Of a DNA stretch of 64,000 nt, positions 1 to 11,674 are shown piece after piece. The notes under the pieces were generated by a model. The model did not search any database and was not told the DNA's origin. It saw only the letters and a program-made list of their open reading frames with translations. This DNA comes from Chitinophaga pinensis (lineage in GTDB: Bacteria; Bacteroidota; Bacteroidia; UBA4408): contig CAMBZU010000001.1 in the NCBI GenBank assembly GCA_945872355.1, positions 16,676 through 80,675 of the forward strand. The letters are read 5' to 3'. A program made the position numbers and the translations under genes. The stretch's first letter is position 1, and each line of letters starts with the position of its first letter.

Positions 1-483
1 ATTAAATTATCAGTTACAATTTTACCTCTGTTTAGTTTAATTTTTTCACGAATGTCATCTGCATCACTTTTTTTTACTCCTTTAAAACTAAATTTAGTCA
101 ATCGGGGGCGCTCTTCAACATTGATACTCAAAAATATTGACTTTCCAGTAACTTTTTCGGCACTAATTGAGATATCGCTGAAAAGATTTAAATCCCAAAG
201 GTTTTTAATTGCTTTGGTAATTGATTCACCAGGCACAAATATTTTATCACCAACAGTTAATCCACTTGAAAGAATGATAACGTTTTTATCTAAGTAATCT
301 GTTCCAAACACAACAATACCGCCTATTTCGTATTCTACTTGCACACTGGTATTTAATTCAATCTCCTGCTGGCCAAGTACCTTTTCTTGCGCAAAAACAC
401 TGTTGAGTTTTAAAGTTAGCAGTATTAAAATAGCTAAAAGTTTGGTGTTGAAACCTGTATTTTTTATGAATGCCATATTTGAT

Positions 484-1227
484 TTAAGAAATAAGCTGTT
501 CGCTGGTTTTTCCAAATCTGCGTTCGCGCGTTTGGTAATCCACAATAGCTTCGAAAAAAGCCGTCCTATCGAAGTCGGGCCAAAGGGTTTCTGTAAAATA
601 TAATTCTGCATATGCAATTTGCCATAGCAGGAAATTACTTATGCGGTGCTCACCACTGGTTCTGATTAATAATTCAGGATGCGGTATTTCCTTTGTTGTA
701 AGATGTTGTTCTATAGTAAGGTCATTTATTTGGTCGGTAGTTAAATTCCCATCCTTTACTTCTTGAGCTATGTTTTTAACAGCCTCAACAATTTCCCATT
801 TTGAACTGTAACTTAAAGCTAAAACGAGCGTTAATCCTGAATTTTGAGCAGTTTCAGCCATTGCTTCTTGCAGCTGCTCATAACATTTTCCTGGGAGTGA
901 TTTTAAATTGCCAATAGCAAGTAATCTTACATTGTTTTTATTTAAGGTTGGAGTTTCGGCCAATATGGTATGAACCAATAATTCCATTAAAGCATCAACT
1001 TCTTCTTTTGGTCTTGACCAATTTTCGGTACTAAATGCATATAAAGTTAAAAATTTAATACCAAGTTCGGCTGCCGCTTCGGTGCAATCTCTTACACTTT
1101 TTACGCCATGTTGATGTCCAAACATTCGGTGTTCGCCTTTGTTTTTAGCCCAACGCCCATTGCCATCCATAATAATGGCAACATGCTTTGGCAATTTAGC
1201 CAAGTCAATACGTTTATCTTCAATCAT
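484..1227 (-). CDS. uppS: Isoprenyl transferase (undecaprenyl-diphosphate synthase)
   Basis: N-terminal IIMDGNGRWA motif and RTSGEHRISNFLLWQ motif typical of cis-prenyltransferases; 247 aa. Confidence 0.9.
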   Translation of the reverse strand: MIEDKRIDLAKLPKHVAIIMDGNGRWAKNKGEHRMFGHQHGVKSVRDCTEAAAELGIKFLTLYAFSTENWSRPKEEVDALMELLVHTILAETPTLNKNNVRLLAIGNLKSLPGKCYEQLQEAMAETAQNSGLTLVLALSYSSKWEIVEAVKNIAQEVKDGNLTTDQINDLTIEQHLTTKEIPHPELLIRTSGEHRISNFLLWQIAYAELYFTETLWPDFDRTAFFEAIVDYQTRERRFGKTSEQLIS

Positions 1228-1486
1228 GTTGCAAATGTAATTTATTCATTTTTAAATGAAAGCACTTAATTAATTTTAACGCAAATGAGCAAATTTTATT
1301 AAGAAATGCCGCAAGAAATTGAAAATTGCCCTAAATAATTAAATATTAAAGCACTTTATTTTCAAAATTACCTGTATGTGCTCATGAAAAATGAAAAACG
1401 TGATCGGTTAATTATACAAATCGAATCTATTTTGACATTTCGTGCTAAGCTTGCTAATTTTTCAATTAAATAGCCACTTCTATTGA

Positions 1487-4045
1487 TTATTCCTTAATGA
1501 AATTTGCATGGTATTGTTTGTTACCATTATAAACTTTAAGTCTATAAACCCCTCTGCTTAAACCTGAAACATTTAATTGCTGTGTGTTTGATGTCTTCAT
1601 TACGAGTTGGCCAATTGAATTGTAAATTTCTATTTCGTTTTTTTGATTGGTCGAAAAATTTGAAAAATTCAATTCATTGATTGCAGGATTTGGAAATACA
1701 TGAACGATACAATTATTAACCAATGATATATTATTAGTAAGCACTTGAGTAATTTCAATTGTGTGGTTGCCATTTGGCAGAGTTAATGAAGTTTGCAAAA
1801 TGCCATTAAGGTCTGTGTTTATTGTTGCTATTGTTATGCCATCTACTTTTACAAAATAAGCACCTGTTGTTAAATCTGCAGCAAAAATATTGATTGCTCT
1901 ACCGCCATTGATTTGATTAAAAACATGATAAACTATACCAGTGTCACCATTCGCTGAAAAATAAAACAAAGTATCATTCCAATCGGCACCAACAGAAGTA
2001 TTGTTGCTTAGAGCAATTCCCCCAGCAACCGCAAAATTGCTGTTTTCACCAACGTTTATGGTGTGTAAATAAACTACCGAGTCTGTATGTATTGTAGGTC
2101 TTATTTCAATCCTCCAACTGCCTGGTGTATAAGCATTAGTATCTGGTGTTACTAAAGGAGGATAATTTACGCCATCTACCCAATATTCATAACCAGCTCC
2201 GCCAATTAGTGTGGTATTTGTGGCGCTGGGCAAAAGCGTTCTGATTGAAATATTTCCATTGCCATTTGTTGAAGAACAATCTTTTCCATTGTAAGTTTCA
2301 ATATGCCCTGCAACATTGGAGTTTACAATACTTCCGCTTATTGTTGGTTGATTTGCAAAATGTGCAATCCATTTGATGTCTCTTTGATTGGCAGTACTAT
2401 TTTTTAGGTGCACATGGTCTAGTACAATTACTTTATTTGGATTGAGATATAATAATCTTCTCCTAAAAAAGTCTAATTTGGCAGTATCGTATGATAATTG
2501 TGCATCTGAAATATGGTAAGAATAATTATTTCCAGTAGCGTATTTAATCCAATTCCCTCTCTGATTTTGAGGCAGAAAAATTTGATTGTAATTTTGCAAA
2601 GCATTAGATTCTATTTGACCTCCATCGTTTGATGCAGCATTTCCAAAGCAGTTGTATACATCGGTTGAATCATATACGCAAATAGTGTTATGTGCAATGG
2701 ATCTTTGGTAATAATTATTGTAATGTGAGCCGCCATAAGTATCATAGTAGCCTGCATCAATAAGTAATGGCTTGTTTTTAAATATTGTAAATGAATTATT
2801 GTCTCTATGTTCATGCGCAGCTCTTTTGCTTGGCGAATTAAAAAAGGTAACCATAGTGCTATTGCTATTCCAAGAAGAACGACTTACCGCCAATCCAACC
2901 TTATCTGACCACCAATTTAAAGGATTAAATGGCTGAGTAACTGTTGGCATCGTAAAATCCTTGTACAACAGTTTTGTGAATTTATCCATTGTATTTGGCG
3001 TAAATGCTGACTGCGAATAATATTGAGCCATCCATAAACTGCGCGGGTCGTTAAAAATTCGAGCATGTAAATACATTACTCTATCTGGAATAATTCTTGT
3101 TTCTCCATCACCAAGGTGTATGCTTTTTTCATTAGGTTGAATAAAATAGATGTATTGATTTATACTGTTTTGCACCCATGGTAAATCGGTATAAAAGTTT
3201 TTATCGGTGCCCACGCGCATGTTTTCAAACAATTGAAACTGATCGGTGAGTGACCACATGGAATAGGCTGCTCCCCAATTCCAACCCCCATCATCATCTC
3301 TATAATGTGTCCAACAAGGAATAAATCCGTTGATGTGTTTATCGTAAACATATTGATACCATTGCGTCACAGTATCTTGCTGCGATAAAGTTAAACCAGC
3401 TGACTGATGTAAAACCAATGCGTTTTGATTGCAATAAATATTATTCCAAGTATTATGACTTGAAACATAGCTCGTTCCTGCACTGGAATAGATATAAGTA
3501 TTCATAAATTCTCTATTCATGATATACAAGGATTGAGCTAATGAATCTCTTAGTGAAATTGGGAAGTCATTATAGCACCAATCAAGAAACAGATCGCCAC
3601 AGTTGCTCATTTTTCGCAATAGGTCTTCTTTTGGGAACCAAGCCATAGTGCTAAAATCGCTAGTGTTGATGGTATTTATTACCTGCCGCGCGATGAACCT
3701 ACAACGTTTTAACTCAAGTGTATCGTGGCTGAGTTTAAAAATAAGCAGCGACAATTGTGCTTGGTCATCGGCCCATTGTGAGTTCCAATTCCAAGTCCAT
3801 AATAAAGAGTCATTGCCAACTAAATACAATTGCGGATCATTGATCCACCAGCCATTGTAGGCAGTTACAATATTATTAAAAGTGGTTTGGCAATCGCCCG
3901 GAATAAGAATATTGTTTTGCAGCCAAGCAATTCTGTTAGCGTCGGAATAGATGCGCGGTCTGTTATTATTTATTATAGGATACTGCGCAGTTGCAAATTG
4001 CAAAGTCAACAAAAATAGAAGACTTAGTATTGTTTTTTTGCTCAT
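1487..4045 (-). CDS. Secreted heparinase II/III-like protein with T9SS C-terminal sorting domain
   Basis: 852 aa. N-terminal signal peptide (MSKKTILSLLFLLTLQFATAQ). Central region resembles alginate-lyase/heparinase II/III folds. C-terminal ~80 aa (YRLKVYNGNKQYHANFIKE) looks like a Por/T9SS CTD. Confidence 0.6.
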   Translation of the reverse strand: MSKKTILSLLFLLTLQFATAQYPIINNNRPRIYSDANRIAWLQNNILIPGDCQTTFNNIVTAYNGWWINDPQLYLVGNDSLLWTWNWNSQWADDQAQLSLLIFKLSHDTLELKRCRFIARQVINTINTSDFSTMAWFPKEDLLRKMSNCGDLFLDWCYNDFPISLRDSLAQSLYIMNREFMNTYIYSSAGTSYVSSHNTWNNIYCNQNALVLHQSAGLTLSQQDTVTQWYQYVYDKHINGFIPCWTHYRDDDGGWNWGAAYSMWSLTDQFQLFENMRVGTDKNFYTDLPWVQNSINQYIYFIQPNEKSIHLGDGETRIIPDRVMYLHARIFNDPRSLWMAQYYSQSAFTPNTMDKFTKLLYKDFTMPTVTQPFNPLNWWSDKVGLAVSRSSWNSNSTMVTFFNSPSKRAAHEHRDNNSFTIFKNKPLLIDAGYYDTYGGSHYNNYYQRSIAHNTICVYDSTDVYNCFGNAASNDGGQIESNALQNYNQIFLPQNQRGNWIKYATGNNYSYHISDAQLSYDTAKLDFFRRRLLYLNPNKVIVLDHVHLKNSTANQRDIKWIAHFANQPTISGSIVNSNVAGHIETYNGKDCSSTNGNGNISIRTLLPSATNTTLIGGAGYEYWVDGVNYPPLVTPDTNAYTPGSWRIEIRPTIHTDSVVYLHTINVGENSNFAVAGGIALSNNTSVGADWNDTLFYFSANGDTGIVYHVFNQINGGRAINIFAADLTTGAYFVKVDGITIATINTDLNGILQTSLTLPNGNHTIEITQVLTNNISLVNNCIVHVFPNPAINELNFSNFSTNQKNEIEIYNSIGQLVMKTSNTQQLNVSGLSRGVYRLKVYNGNKQYHANFIKE

Positions 4046-4204
4046 TTACCCTGTTTTAATGAGGTGAATATAGTGATTGTACAATTATCTTTTATTTTTT
4101 TATTCGCTTTCTTAATAATTATCAACCATTAAGGTGGTTTGAGTAAACCCTACTTATTTCACATCGGTATAAATTAAGAAAGTTTAAACTAGATAACTTC
4201 AATA

Positions 4205-4243
4205 AAAAAAAGCCCCAACAAATAAATGCTGAGGCTTTTTAAA
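4205..4243 (-). terminator. Probable rho-independent terminator downstream of atpC
   Basis: GC stem (agcctcagc...ggggct, allowing G-U) followed by a T-run on the minus strand. Confidence 0.5.
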
Positions 4244-4259
4244 TTTTAATATTTAACTT

Positions 4260-4493
4260 TTACTCAGCCAATACAATAACTTTATTTTTTAAAACTTCAA
4301 CCACACCACCTTTAATGGTAAAAGATTGTGTGCCAGCATTATCAGTTACCTTAACTTTACCTGCTTTTAAAGCACTAATCATTGGAGCATGGTTATTTAA
4401 AATACCTAATGAACCATCGCTACCTGGTAATGAAACTGACTTTATTTCGCCTTCAAACAACTTTTTATCAGGACTTATTATTTCTAAAAACAT
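4260..4493 (-). CDS. atpC: F0F1 ATP synthase epsilon subunit
   Basis: 77 aa beta-sandwich epsilon N-domain (LPGSDGSLGILNNHAPMISALKAGKVKV), immediately downstream of atpD. Confidence 0.85.
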   Translation of the reverse strand: MFLEIISPDKKLFEGEIKSVSLPGSDGSLGILNNHAPMISALKAGKVKVTDNAGTQSFTIKGGVVEVLKNKVIVLAE

Positions 4494-4520
4494 GCTTTCT
4501 AGTTTAGTGAATTAAGCTAA

Positions 4521-6029
<1,509 letters not shown>

Positions 6030-6212
6030 TTAATGTGATTTTATTCTGTATTTTGTTACAGTGATTATTTATTTTCGGGCGCAAAAGTACACTTTTTTTA
6101 AGAGAAATAGACATATCTTCAAAAAAATAATGACTGTTGTAAACTTATTGATAATCAAACAAATAATGTCTTAAGATAGTATCAACGCAGAAATCACAAT
6201 TAAAAAACGGGC

Positions 6213-6605
6213 TTAAAAATTATTTGGTTTTTGTTTTCGATGATGCCATTTAACCAGTTCGAACCAAATTACAGCAAAGAAGCCTAAGGCAAAGCTTATC
6301 CCTAATTCACTAAAATTTAACGCTTCGAATTCAAAAAAGCGCCTAAATAGTGGAATATAAATTAACAATGCTGTAAGTATTAAGGTAGTACTTATAATGA
6401 TTGATACCAGTTTGTTTTTGTATTTAAGCGTGGTTAAAATAGAATAATAAAAGGACCTGTTTACAAGGGTAAGGAAAATATTTGCTGCAATTAAAACAGT
6501 AAAAACAATAGTTCTGGTATGCGCTTCACCGCCTCCTTGTTTAAGGCTCCATCGGTAGGCAATTATACAGCCAATTGCAATGGCCAATCTTATAATAATG
6601 CTCAA
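6213..6605 (-). pseudogene. Stand-alone fragment resembling the C-terminal TM bundle (M7-M10) of a P-type cation ATPase
   Basis: 130 aa, 4 predicted TM helices; TRTIVFTVLIAANIF...SFALGFFAVIWFELVKW pattern resembles the Cation_ATPase_C domain. No N-terminal ATPase domains upstream (short intergenic, then the divergent PrsW gene). Confidence 0.45.
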
Positions 6606-6724
6606 GCGAGCATGGTATGTTGCTAAAGAAATGTATTTTATATTTCAAAGATATGATTTAAGCATTGTGAATTCTTTTTTTAATAAGTTTTAATTGATAC
6701 TTTGGTGCAAATAATATAATAACA

Positions 6725-7426
6725 ATGGACAAGAATTTATTGGCTTTAACCTTAGGTCCGGGTTTGGCAATAGCAATATACATTTACTGGTACGATAAAT
6801 TAGATCGAGAGCCCAAAAAGCTGCTCATACGTGCATTTATTTTGGGTTGTGTTAGTTTGATTCCAGCCATTCTTTTAAATATTATTTTGAAATCTATATT
6901 AAATGTAGAAAAAAGTGAATCCATTTTTGAAACATTTGTTTTTGCATTTTTTGTTGTAGGAGTTGCCGAAGAGTTCAGTAAATTTATATTTTTGAGATGG
7001 AATTTATTTGTAAGACCTGAATTTGATGAACCTTATGATGGAATTACCTATGCGGTTATGATAGGAATGGGCTTTGCCACACTCGAAAATATTTTATATG
7101 TTTACCAATCATCGAACGCCTACGGTGTGGCATGGATGCGCGCATTTACAGCCGTTCCTGCGCATGCTACTTTTGCAATAGCTATGGGCTACTATACCGG
7201 TTTGGCAAAGTTTAATCCATCAAAAAAAATAGTTTATTTAATTAAAGGGTTTGTATTAGCTGTTGTTATGCATGGTTTTTATGATTTTTTATTGATGCAA
7301 AAAAGCTATCCTAAAATAGCGATAGGTGCTTTTGTTTCCTTAGCTATATCTGTGTTTTTTTCTTTCAAAGCAATTAAGTTGCATAAGCAAATCCCGCCTT
7401 ATAATACAATGCTAAAAAAGGAATAG
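6725..7426 (+). CDS. PrsW-family intramembrane metalloprotease
   Basis: Multi-TM protein with EExxK (GVAEEFSKF) and HGFYDF motifs characteristic of PrsW/YpdC proteases. Confidence 0.7.
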   Translation: MDKNLLALTLGPGLAIAIYIYWYDKLDREPKKLLIRAFILGCVSLIPAILLNIILKSILNVEKSESIFETFVFAFFVVGVAEEFSKFIFLRWNLFVRPEFDEPYDGITYAVMIGMGFATLENILYVYQSSNAYGVAWMRAFTAVPAHATFAIAMGYYTGLAKFNPSKKIVYLIKGFVLAVVMHGFYDFLLMQKSYPKIAIGAFVSLAISVFFSFKAIKLHKQIPPYNTMLKKE

Positions 7427-7735
7427 CATTGTGTTTTTTTAACCGAAGCTTAATGTCATTGGTATTTATGCTTGAAACATATTGCGCTCTTTAAATTTGT
7501 GTTGGCTTGTGTTAAGGTATTTTACATCGGTATAACATTGCGCTCCTTTTAATGACATTAGTTTTAACAACCTTTTAATGTTTCGTAAAAATTTTGATTA
7601 CGGTGCCTGATAATAAGATATGTGATGCAGCTATTTGGTGAATTGTAATTATTATTACTTATAAAACTTAAGTTTAGCTATTAGAAAGGTATTTGTATAA
7701 ATTTGCAACTTTTATTGAAAAACATATAACCATAC

Positions 7736-8566
7736 TTGGCACTTTTTAAAAACAATAGCGAGAAGGCAGAAATGTCATTTTTAGAGCATCTTGAAGCTTT
7801 GAGATGGCATTTGATGCGGGCTGTAATAGCTATTATTACATTAGCCATAGTATTGTTTTTTTACAGAGAAATAGTATTTGATAATTTTCTTTTTGCGCCT
7901 AAGCATCCCGATTTTTGGACCTATCGCATGTTATGCCTTTTGAGCGATTATCTTGATATGGGCGATGCACTTTGTATTAAAGAGTTGCCATTTGAGTTGA
8001 TTAATACTGAATTATCGGGTCAATTTACCATGCATATTTGGGTTTCGTTTGTGGCAGGTTTTATTTTAGCCGCGCCCTATGTACTATGGGAAATATGGCG
8101 TTTTATAAAGCCAGCTTTGCATGAAAAAGAAAGAAAGTACTCTAAAGGTGTGGTGTTTTTTAGCACACTTTTATTTTTTGCAGGCGTGCTTTTTGGTTAT
8201 TATGTTATTGTTCCTCTATCCATTAACTTTCTTGGAAGTTATCAAGTAAGTGCCGATGTAAAAAATATGATTGCAATGGATTCATTTGTATCTACGGTAA
8301 CCACAATTACATTTGCATCTGGAATAGTGTTTGAGCTGCCTATAGTAATTTACTTTCTTACACAAATAGGATTAATGACCCCGCAATTTATGCGTACCTA
8401 TCGTAAGCATGCTACTGTAATTATATTAATTGTAGCTGCTATTATAACACCATCGCCTGATGTAACATCGCAATTACTTGTTGCCATTCCATTATACTTG
8501 CTGTATGAATTAAGTATTTTTGTGAGTATGTATGTGGTAAAAAAGGCAGAAAGAGAACTTCGTTAA
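7736..8566 (+). CDS. tatC: Twin-arginine translocase subunit TatC
   Basis: SFLEHLEALRWHL N-terminal signature and 6 TM segments; true start possibly at Met13 (about 7772). Confidence 0.9.
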   Translation: MALFKNNSEKAEMSFLEHLEALRWHLMRAVIAIITLAIVLFFYREIVFDNFLFAPKHPDFWTYRMLCLLSDYLDMGDALCIKELPFELINTELSGQFTMHIWVSFVAGFILAAPYVLWEIWRFIKPALHEKERKYSKGVVFFSTLLFFAGVLFGYYVIVPLSINFLGSYQVSADVKNMIAMDSFVSTVTTITFASGIVFELPIVIYFLTQIGLMTPQFMRTYRKHATVIILIVAAIITPSPDVTSQLLVAIPLYLLYELSIFVSMYVVKKAERELR

Positions 8567-8583
8567 TTATAAATTAATATCAA

Positions 8584-8946
8584 ATGTCGCAAAGCCCCGA
8601 AGAATTTAATGCCTACAGAAGCAAAATGAATGAACGTATTTTGGGGCAAAATAATAAGGTCATTAATCGCTTCTTTAATTTAGACACCAACACTTATGCC
8701 GAGGGCGCTTTGTCTGTAAAAACAAAAGAAATGTTGGGTTTAGTATCAAGCATGGTATTGCGTTGCGATGATTGCATTAAATACCATGTTGAAAAATGCT
8801 TTGAAGTTGGTGTAACTGAGGAAGAAATATTTGAAGTTTTTTCTATTGCTAATATAGTAGGAGGGAGCATTGTAATTCCCCATTTTAGAAGAGCAGTAGA
8901 ATATTGGGACTTGTTGAAAGAGAAAAAAGATGAAGTAATTATTTAA
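8584..8946 (+). CDS. Carboxymuconolactone decarboxylase (AhpD-like) family protein
   Basis: 120 aa with CDDCIKYH CxxC-type motif of the AhpD/CMD fold. Confidence 0.7.
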   Translation: MSQSPEEFNAYRSKMNERILGQNNKVINRFFNLDTNTYAEGALSVKTKEMLGLVSSMVLRCDDCIKYHVEKCFEVGVTEEEIFEVFSIANIVGGSIVIPHFRRAVEYWDLLKEKKDEVII

Positions 8947-8958
8947 TAAAAAAGAAAG

Positions 8959-9288
8959 ATGGAAGAGGCAAAAGCAAGATACGAAAAGCACCTATTTATT
9001 TGCACAAACCAAAGAGCCGAAGGGCAGAGAATTTGTTGTGGCGAAGCACATGGAATGGCATTAACCGCTGCATTTAAAGAAGCCATTAAAGAGAAAAAAT
9101 TACAAGTTAAAATGCGTGCTCAAAAGGCTGGATGTTTTGATATATGTGAATTTGGACCCAATGTTATTGTTTATCCAGAGGGCGTGTATTATGGTAAAGT
9201 TACGCTTGAAGATGTGAATGAAATTGTTGAAGAACACCTTGTAAACAATAGACCAGTAGCACGTTTACGACTTAATTTTGCAAGATAG
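8959..9288 (+). CDS. Thioredoxin-like [2Fe-2S] ferredoxin
   Basis: LFICTNQR...CCGEAHG...GCFDICEFGPNVIVYPEGVYYG pattern of 2Fe-2S thioredoxin-like ferredoxins. Its last 35 nt are repeated at 11675-11709, so the present stop arises inside the repeat. Confidence 0.8.
   Translation: MEEAKARYEKHLFICTNQRAEGQRICCGEAHGMALTAAFKEAIKEKKLQVKMRAQKAGCFDICEFGPNVIVYPEGVYYGKVTLEDVNEIVEEHLVNNRPVARLRLNFAR
9249..9283. repeat. Left copy of the 35-bp perfect direct repeat (tagaccagtagcacgtttacgacttaattttgcaa)
   Basis: Identical to 11675-11709; overlaps the ferredoxin 3' end. Confidence 0.9.
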
Positions 9289-9354
9289 CAAAACTATTAT
9301 GCTAAGCCCTTTTTAGTGGTTTTTAATGAATCAATTACTTAAGGAGAATTATAG

Positions 9355-10065
9355 TTACAATTTAATCGATAAAGCGCAATTAATGTTGTAGGACATAGAA
9401 TTGTTTATTACATAGTAACCTTTCATCGAGGTTAATTTCAGATTGTAAAAATTAAGGAAATGATAATCACTCCTTGCTATCAGGAAAATTCCTACTTTCT
9501 TTGTAATTAAATAACCCATTCCTAAAGACGTTGAAACAAAAATACTATTATTTGATACATCTGCTAAAGAAGTTCCAATAGCAATTCTATTATCTGATAT
9601 GTCTGCTTTTCTTTCTGAATTTAATCCACCAATACCTAACCCTATGGTTGGCTGAAGCTTTGTTTTCAGTATTTCCGCGAAATTATACTTAAATTGAATA
9701 TTCAAAGGGATATATCTTCTATTGGATTGTTGGTAGATTCTCTTTCGATTGCTGATAATACCAGTAGATATCAAAGTAGTATCAAAGTAAGCGCCAGTGC
9801 ACATTGAGATACTTGTTTTTTTATTAATCATGTAGTCAAATTCCAAATACAAACCCTTTGCTATTTTTTCATCAAATGGAATAGAAGTCATTTTATTGGA
9901 TAATTCGAAATTTGGGTTAAAGATGCCAAGACCAACTAAAACATTTGCTTTGGATGAATTTACATCTTTGCCTTTATCTTCAGTGATTTTCTCTGTGTTA
10001 ATATTCTGACTAAAGAGTATGATAGGATAGAATAATATTAAATTGATAATGTTAAACTTTTTCAT
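9355..10065 (-). CDS. Outer-membrane beta-barrel (porin-family) protein, hypothetical
   Basis: Signal peptide; alternating amphipathic beta strands; C-terminal ...LSIKL. Confidence 0.5.
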   Translation of the reverse strand: MKKFNIINLILFYPIILFSQNINTEKITEDKGKDVNSSKANVLVGLGIFNPNFELSNKMTSIPFDEKIAKGLYLEFDYMINKKTSISMCTGAYFDTTLISTGIISNRKRIYQQSNRRYIPLNIQFKYNFAEILKTKLQPTIGLGIGGLNSERKADISDNRIAIGTSLADVSNNSIFVSTSLGMGYLITKKVGIFLIARSDYHFLNFYNLKLTSMKGYYVINNSMSYNINCALSIKL

Positions 10066-10067
10066 AA

Positions 10068-10553
10068 TTATTTAATTTTAACTTTAGCTCCGTATCCAGC
10101 AACTGTTGCGGTTACCTTCTTAACAAATAAACTTTTTTGCACCTCAATAATGTACTTAGGGTTAACTAAAATATCATACGGGGTTCCCTTAAGTGCTTTG
10201 TAAGTAGCGGCCTTTTTTTCTAGCTCACCAATTCCACTATTGGAAGTTAAGGCATCACTGAAAAAATTGTCTTGTGACTTAAAAACTCCGAAATACACAC
10301 TTGTTGTCGAAGTTGCCTGAAGTGTCTTACTTTTATCAATCTCTACATCAATATCTATATTGTAATTCATAGTAATGGTTGGCTGAACAGATTGTCCGCT
10401 ATAGTTTGTCGTTTTACATGAAACAAGTGATGTTATAAGCAACAATAACAGTAGTAAGTTTTTTAAATAGTAATTTTTCAATGCGTTATCTCTGAACAAG
10501 ATTCTGATTTTATAAAAAGTGCAATAAACCAGATTGATTAGATTTTTTTTCAT
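10068..10553 (-). CDS. Hypothetical lipoprotein
   Basis: Leu-rich signal with lipobox (LVSC); C-terminal region resembles the lipoprotein at 11792-12259 (YDILVNPKYIIEV vs YDVVFYPTYEIKV). Confidence 0.5.
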   Translation of the reverse strand: MKKNLINLVYCTFYKIRILFRDNALKNYYLKNLLLLLLLITSLVSCKTTNYSGQSVQPTITMNYNIDIDVEIDKSKTLQATSTTSVYFGVFKSQDNFFSDALTSNSGIGELEKKAATYKALKGTPYDILVNPKYIIEVQKSLFVKKVTATVAGYGAKVKIK

Positions 10554-10622
10554 GTTTTTTGTTTTTGAATTGTAGTTGAATAAAGTTTCGATTATTTCTC
10601 GTTTGAATAATTTTTACAATTA

Positions 10623-11096
10623 CTATTTGCTAGAATTGTTATTTTTGCAAATAGATGATAGCTTTTTGCTCAAGGTCAAACCCATACGAGAAGTATTACT
10701 TGCATCCTCCAAAAATGAATTGATATCGATTGTTGACGTTTTTGGATAAGACTTACAAATTTGATGAATTGCAATACATCTCTTTTCCCAAAACTTTACA
10801 ATCTCAGATTTGGTTGGGTTAGGGATTAACTCTTCCAAATCTTTGAAACGAACAAAGTCCCCAACTGTAATTTTTGAAATGTCTTTTTTTGGCATTTTAC
10901 CTTTCATTACATAAATACTATAGAGTCTATCACATATTATTGATTCTTCAATTGCAATAGCCTCAAAGTAAAAGCCCTCTTTGATTGACTCTTTTATTCT
11001 ATTAAAAGCTTCAGAATAGGAATTGTGTTTCTCAATATTTCCTTTTTTTGCAAGCCCAATTTTTTTAGATGTGGTAAGATTTATTATTTCTGACAT
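10623..11096 (-). CDS. Hypothetical cytoplasmic protein (157 aa)
   Basis: ORF only; no recognisable motifs; divergent from the XRE regulator. Confidence 0.4.
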   Translation of the reverse strand: MSEIINLTTSKKIGLAKKGNIEKHNSYSEAFNRIKESIKEGFYFEAIAIEESIICDRLYSIYVMKGKMPKKDISKITVGDFVRFKDLEELIPNPTKSEIVKFWEKRCIAIHQICKSYPKTSTIDINSFLEDASNTSRMGLTLSKKLSSICKNNNSSK

Positions 11097-11279
11097 AAAT
11101 TAACTTGCTAAACAATTTTCAATAATTTATCCGTATCCAGAAAGAAGTATTCATGCAAGATTTTTTGCATAAATACAATTCGCAAAATATTTTTTACAAA
11201 TCTATACTATTAACAAAGTATTTTGTTGCACATGTGTTCTAAATTAGTACCTTTGAAATTGTATCATAGAACCTTAATA

Positions 11280-11672
11280 ATGGAAAAAAATTTTAAATCG
11301 GTCGCAGATCGCGTTAAAGAAATGAGGCTAAAAAAAAATTACTCGCAAGATTATATTGCAAAAAAATTAGGTATCAGCCAAAAGGCATACTCAAAAATTG
11401 AAAACAACGAAACGCGACTTAATGTTGAAGCATTACTTTCTATTTCTGAGATATTAGAAATACCAGTTAATAATTTTTTTGGCGATTCTAAAGCGCCAAT
11501 GCTTAACGACTTTAGTTCTGGCAGAGACGGTGATAATGTAATTTATAAGACGATAAATGACAATGCAAAAGAGGATTTATATCAGCAACTACTCAAAGCG
11601 AAAGAAGAAATTATACAATCAAAAAATACTGAAATTGAAACTTTAAAAAAGCAAATCGAAAAAGTAGTATAA
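11280..11672 (+). CDS. XRE-family HTH transcriptional regulator with C-terminal coiled coil
   Basis: YSQDYIAKKLGISQKAYSKIENNE is a classic Cro/C1-type HTH. Probable start at the internal Met (MEKNFKS); ORF track start 11223. Confidence 0.75.
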   Translation: MEKNFKSVADRVKEMRLKKNYSQDYIAKKLGISQKAYSKIENNETRLNVEALLSISEILEIPVNNFFGDSKAPMLNDFSSGRDGDNVIYKTINDNAKEDLYQQLLKAKEEIIQSKNTEIETLKKQIEKVV

Positions 11673-11674
11673 TT

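Larger units (their letters stand above)
9284..11674. mobile_element. About 2.4-kb inserted cassette between 35-bp direct repeats (no integrase/transposase)
   Basis: Bounded by perfect 35-bp direct repeats. The right copy restores the ferredoxin reading frame (..NFAKPV*) and is followed by a terminator hairpin. Cargo of four genes. Confidence 0.6.

Noticed and set aside
2611-3351. Short ORFs (67 and 63 aa) on the minus strand inside the heparinase-like gene, plus similar antisense or alternate-frame ORFs such as 31138-31452, 31773-31982, 33079-33565 and 61819-62265.
   Set aside because: They are fully nested within long, well-supported CDSs. They have low-complexity composition and no motifs, as expected from random ORFs in an AT-rich genome.
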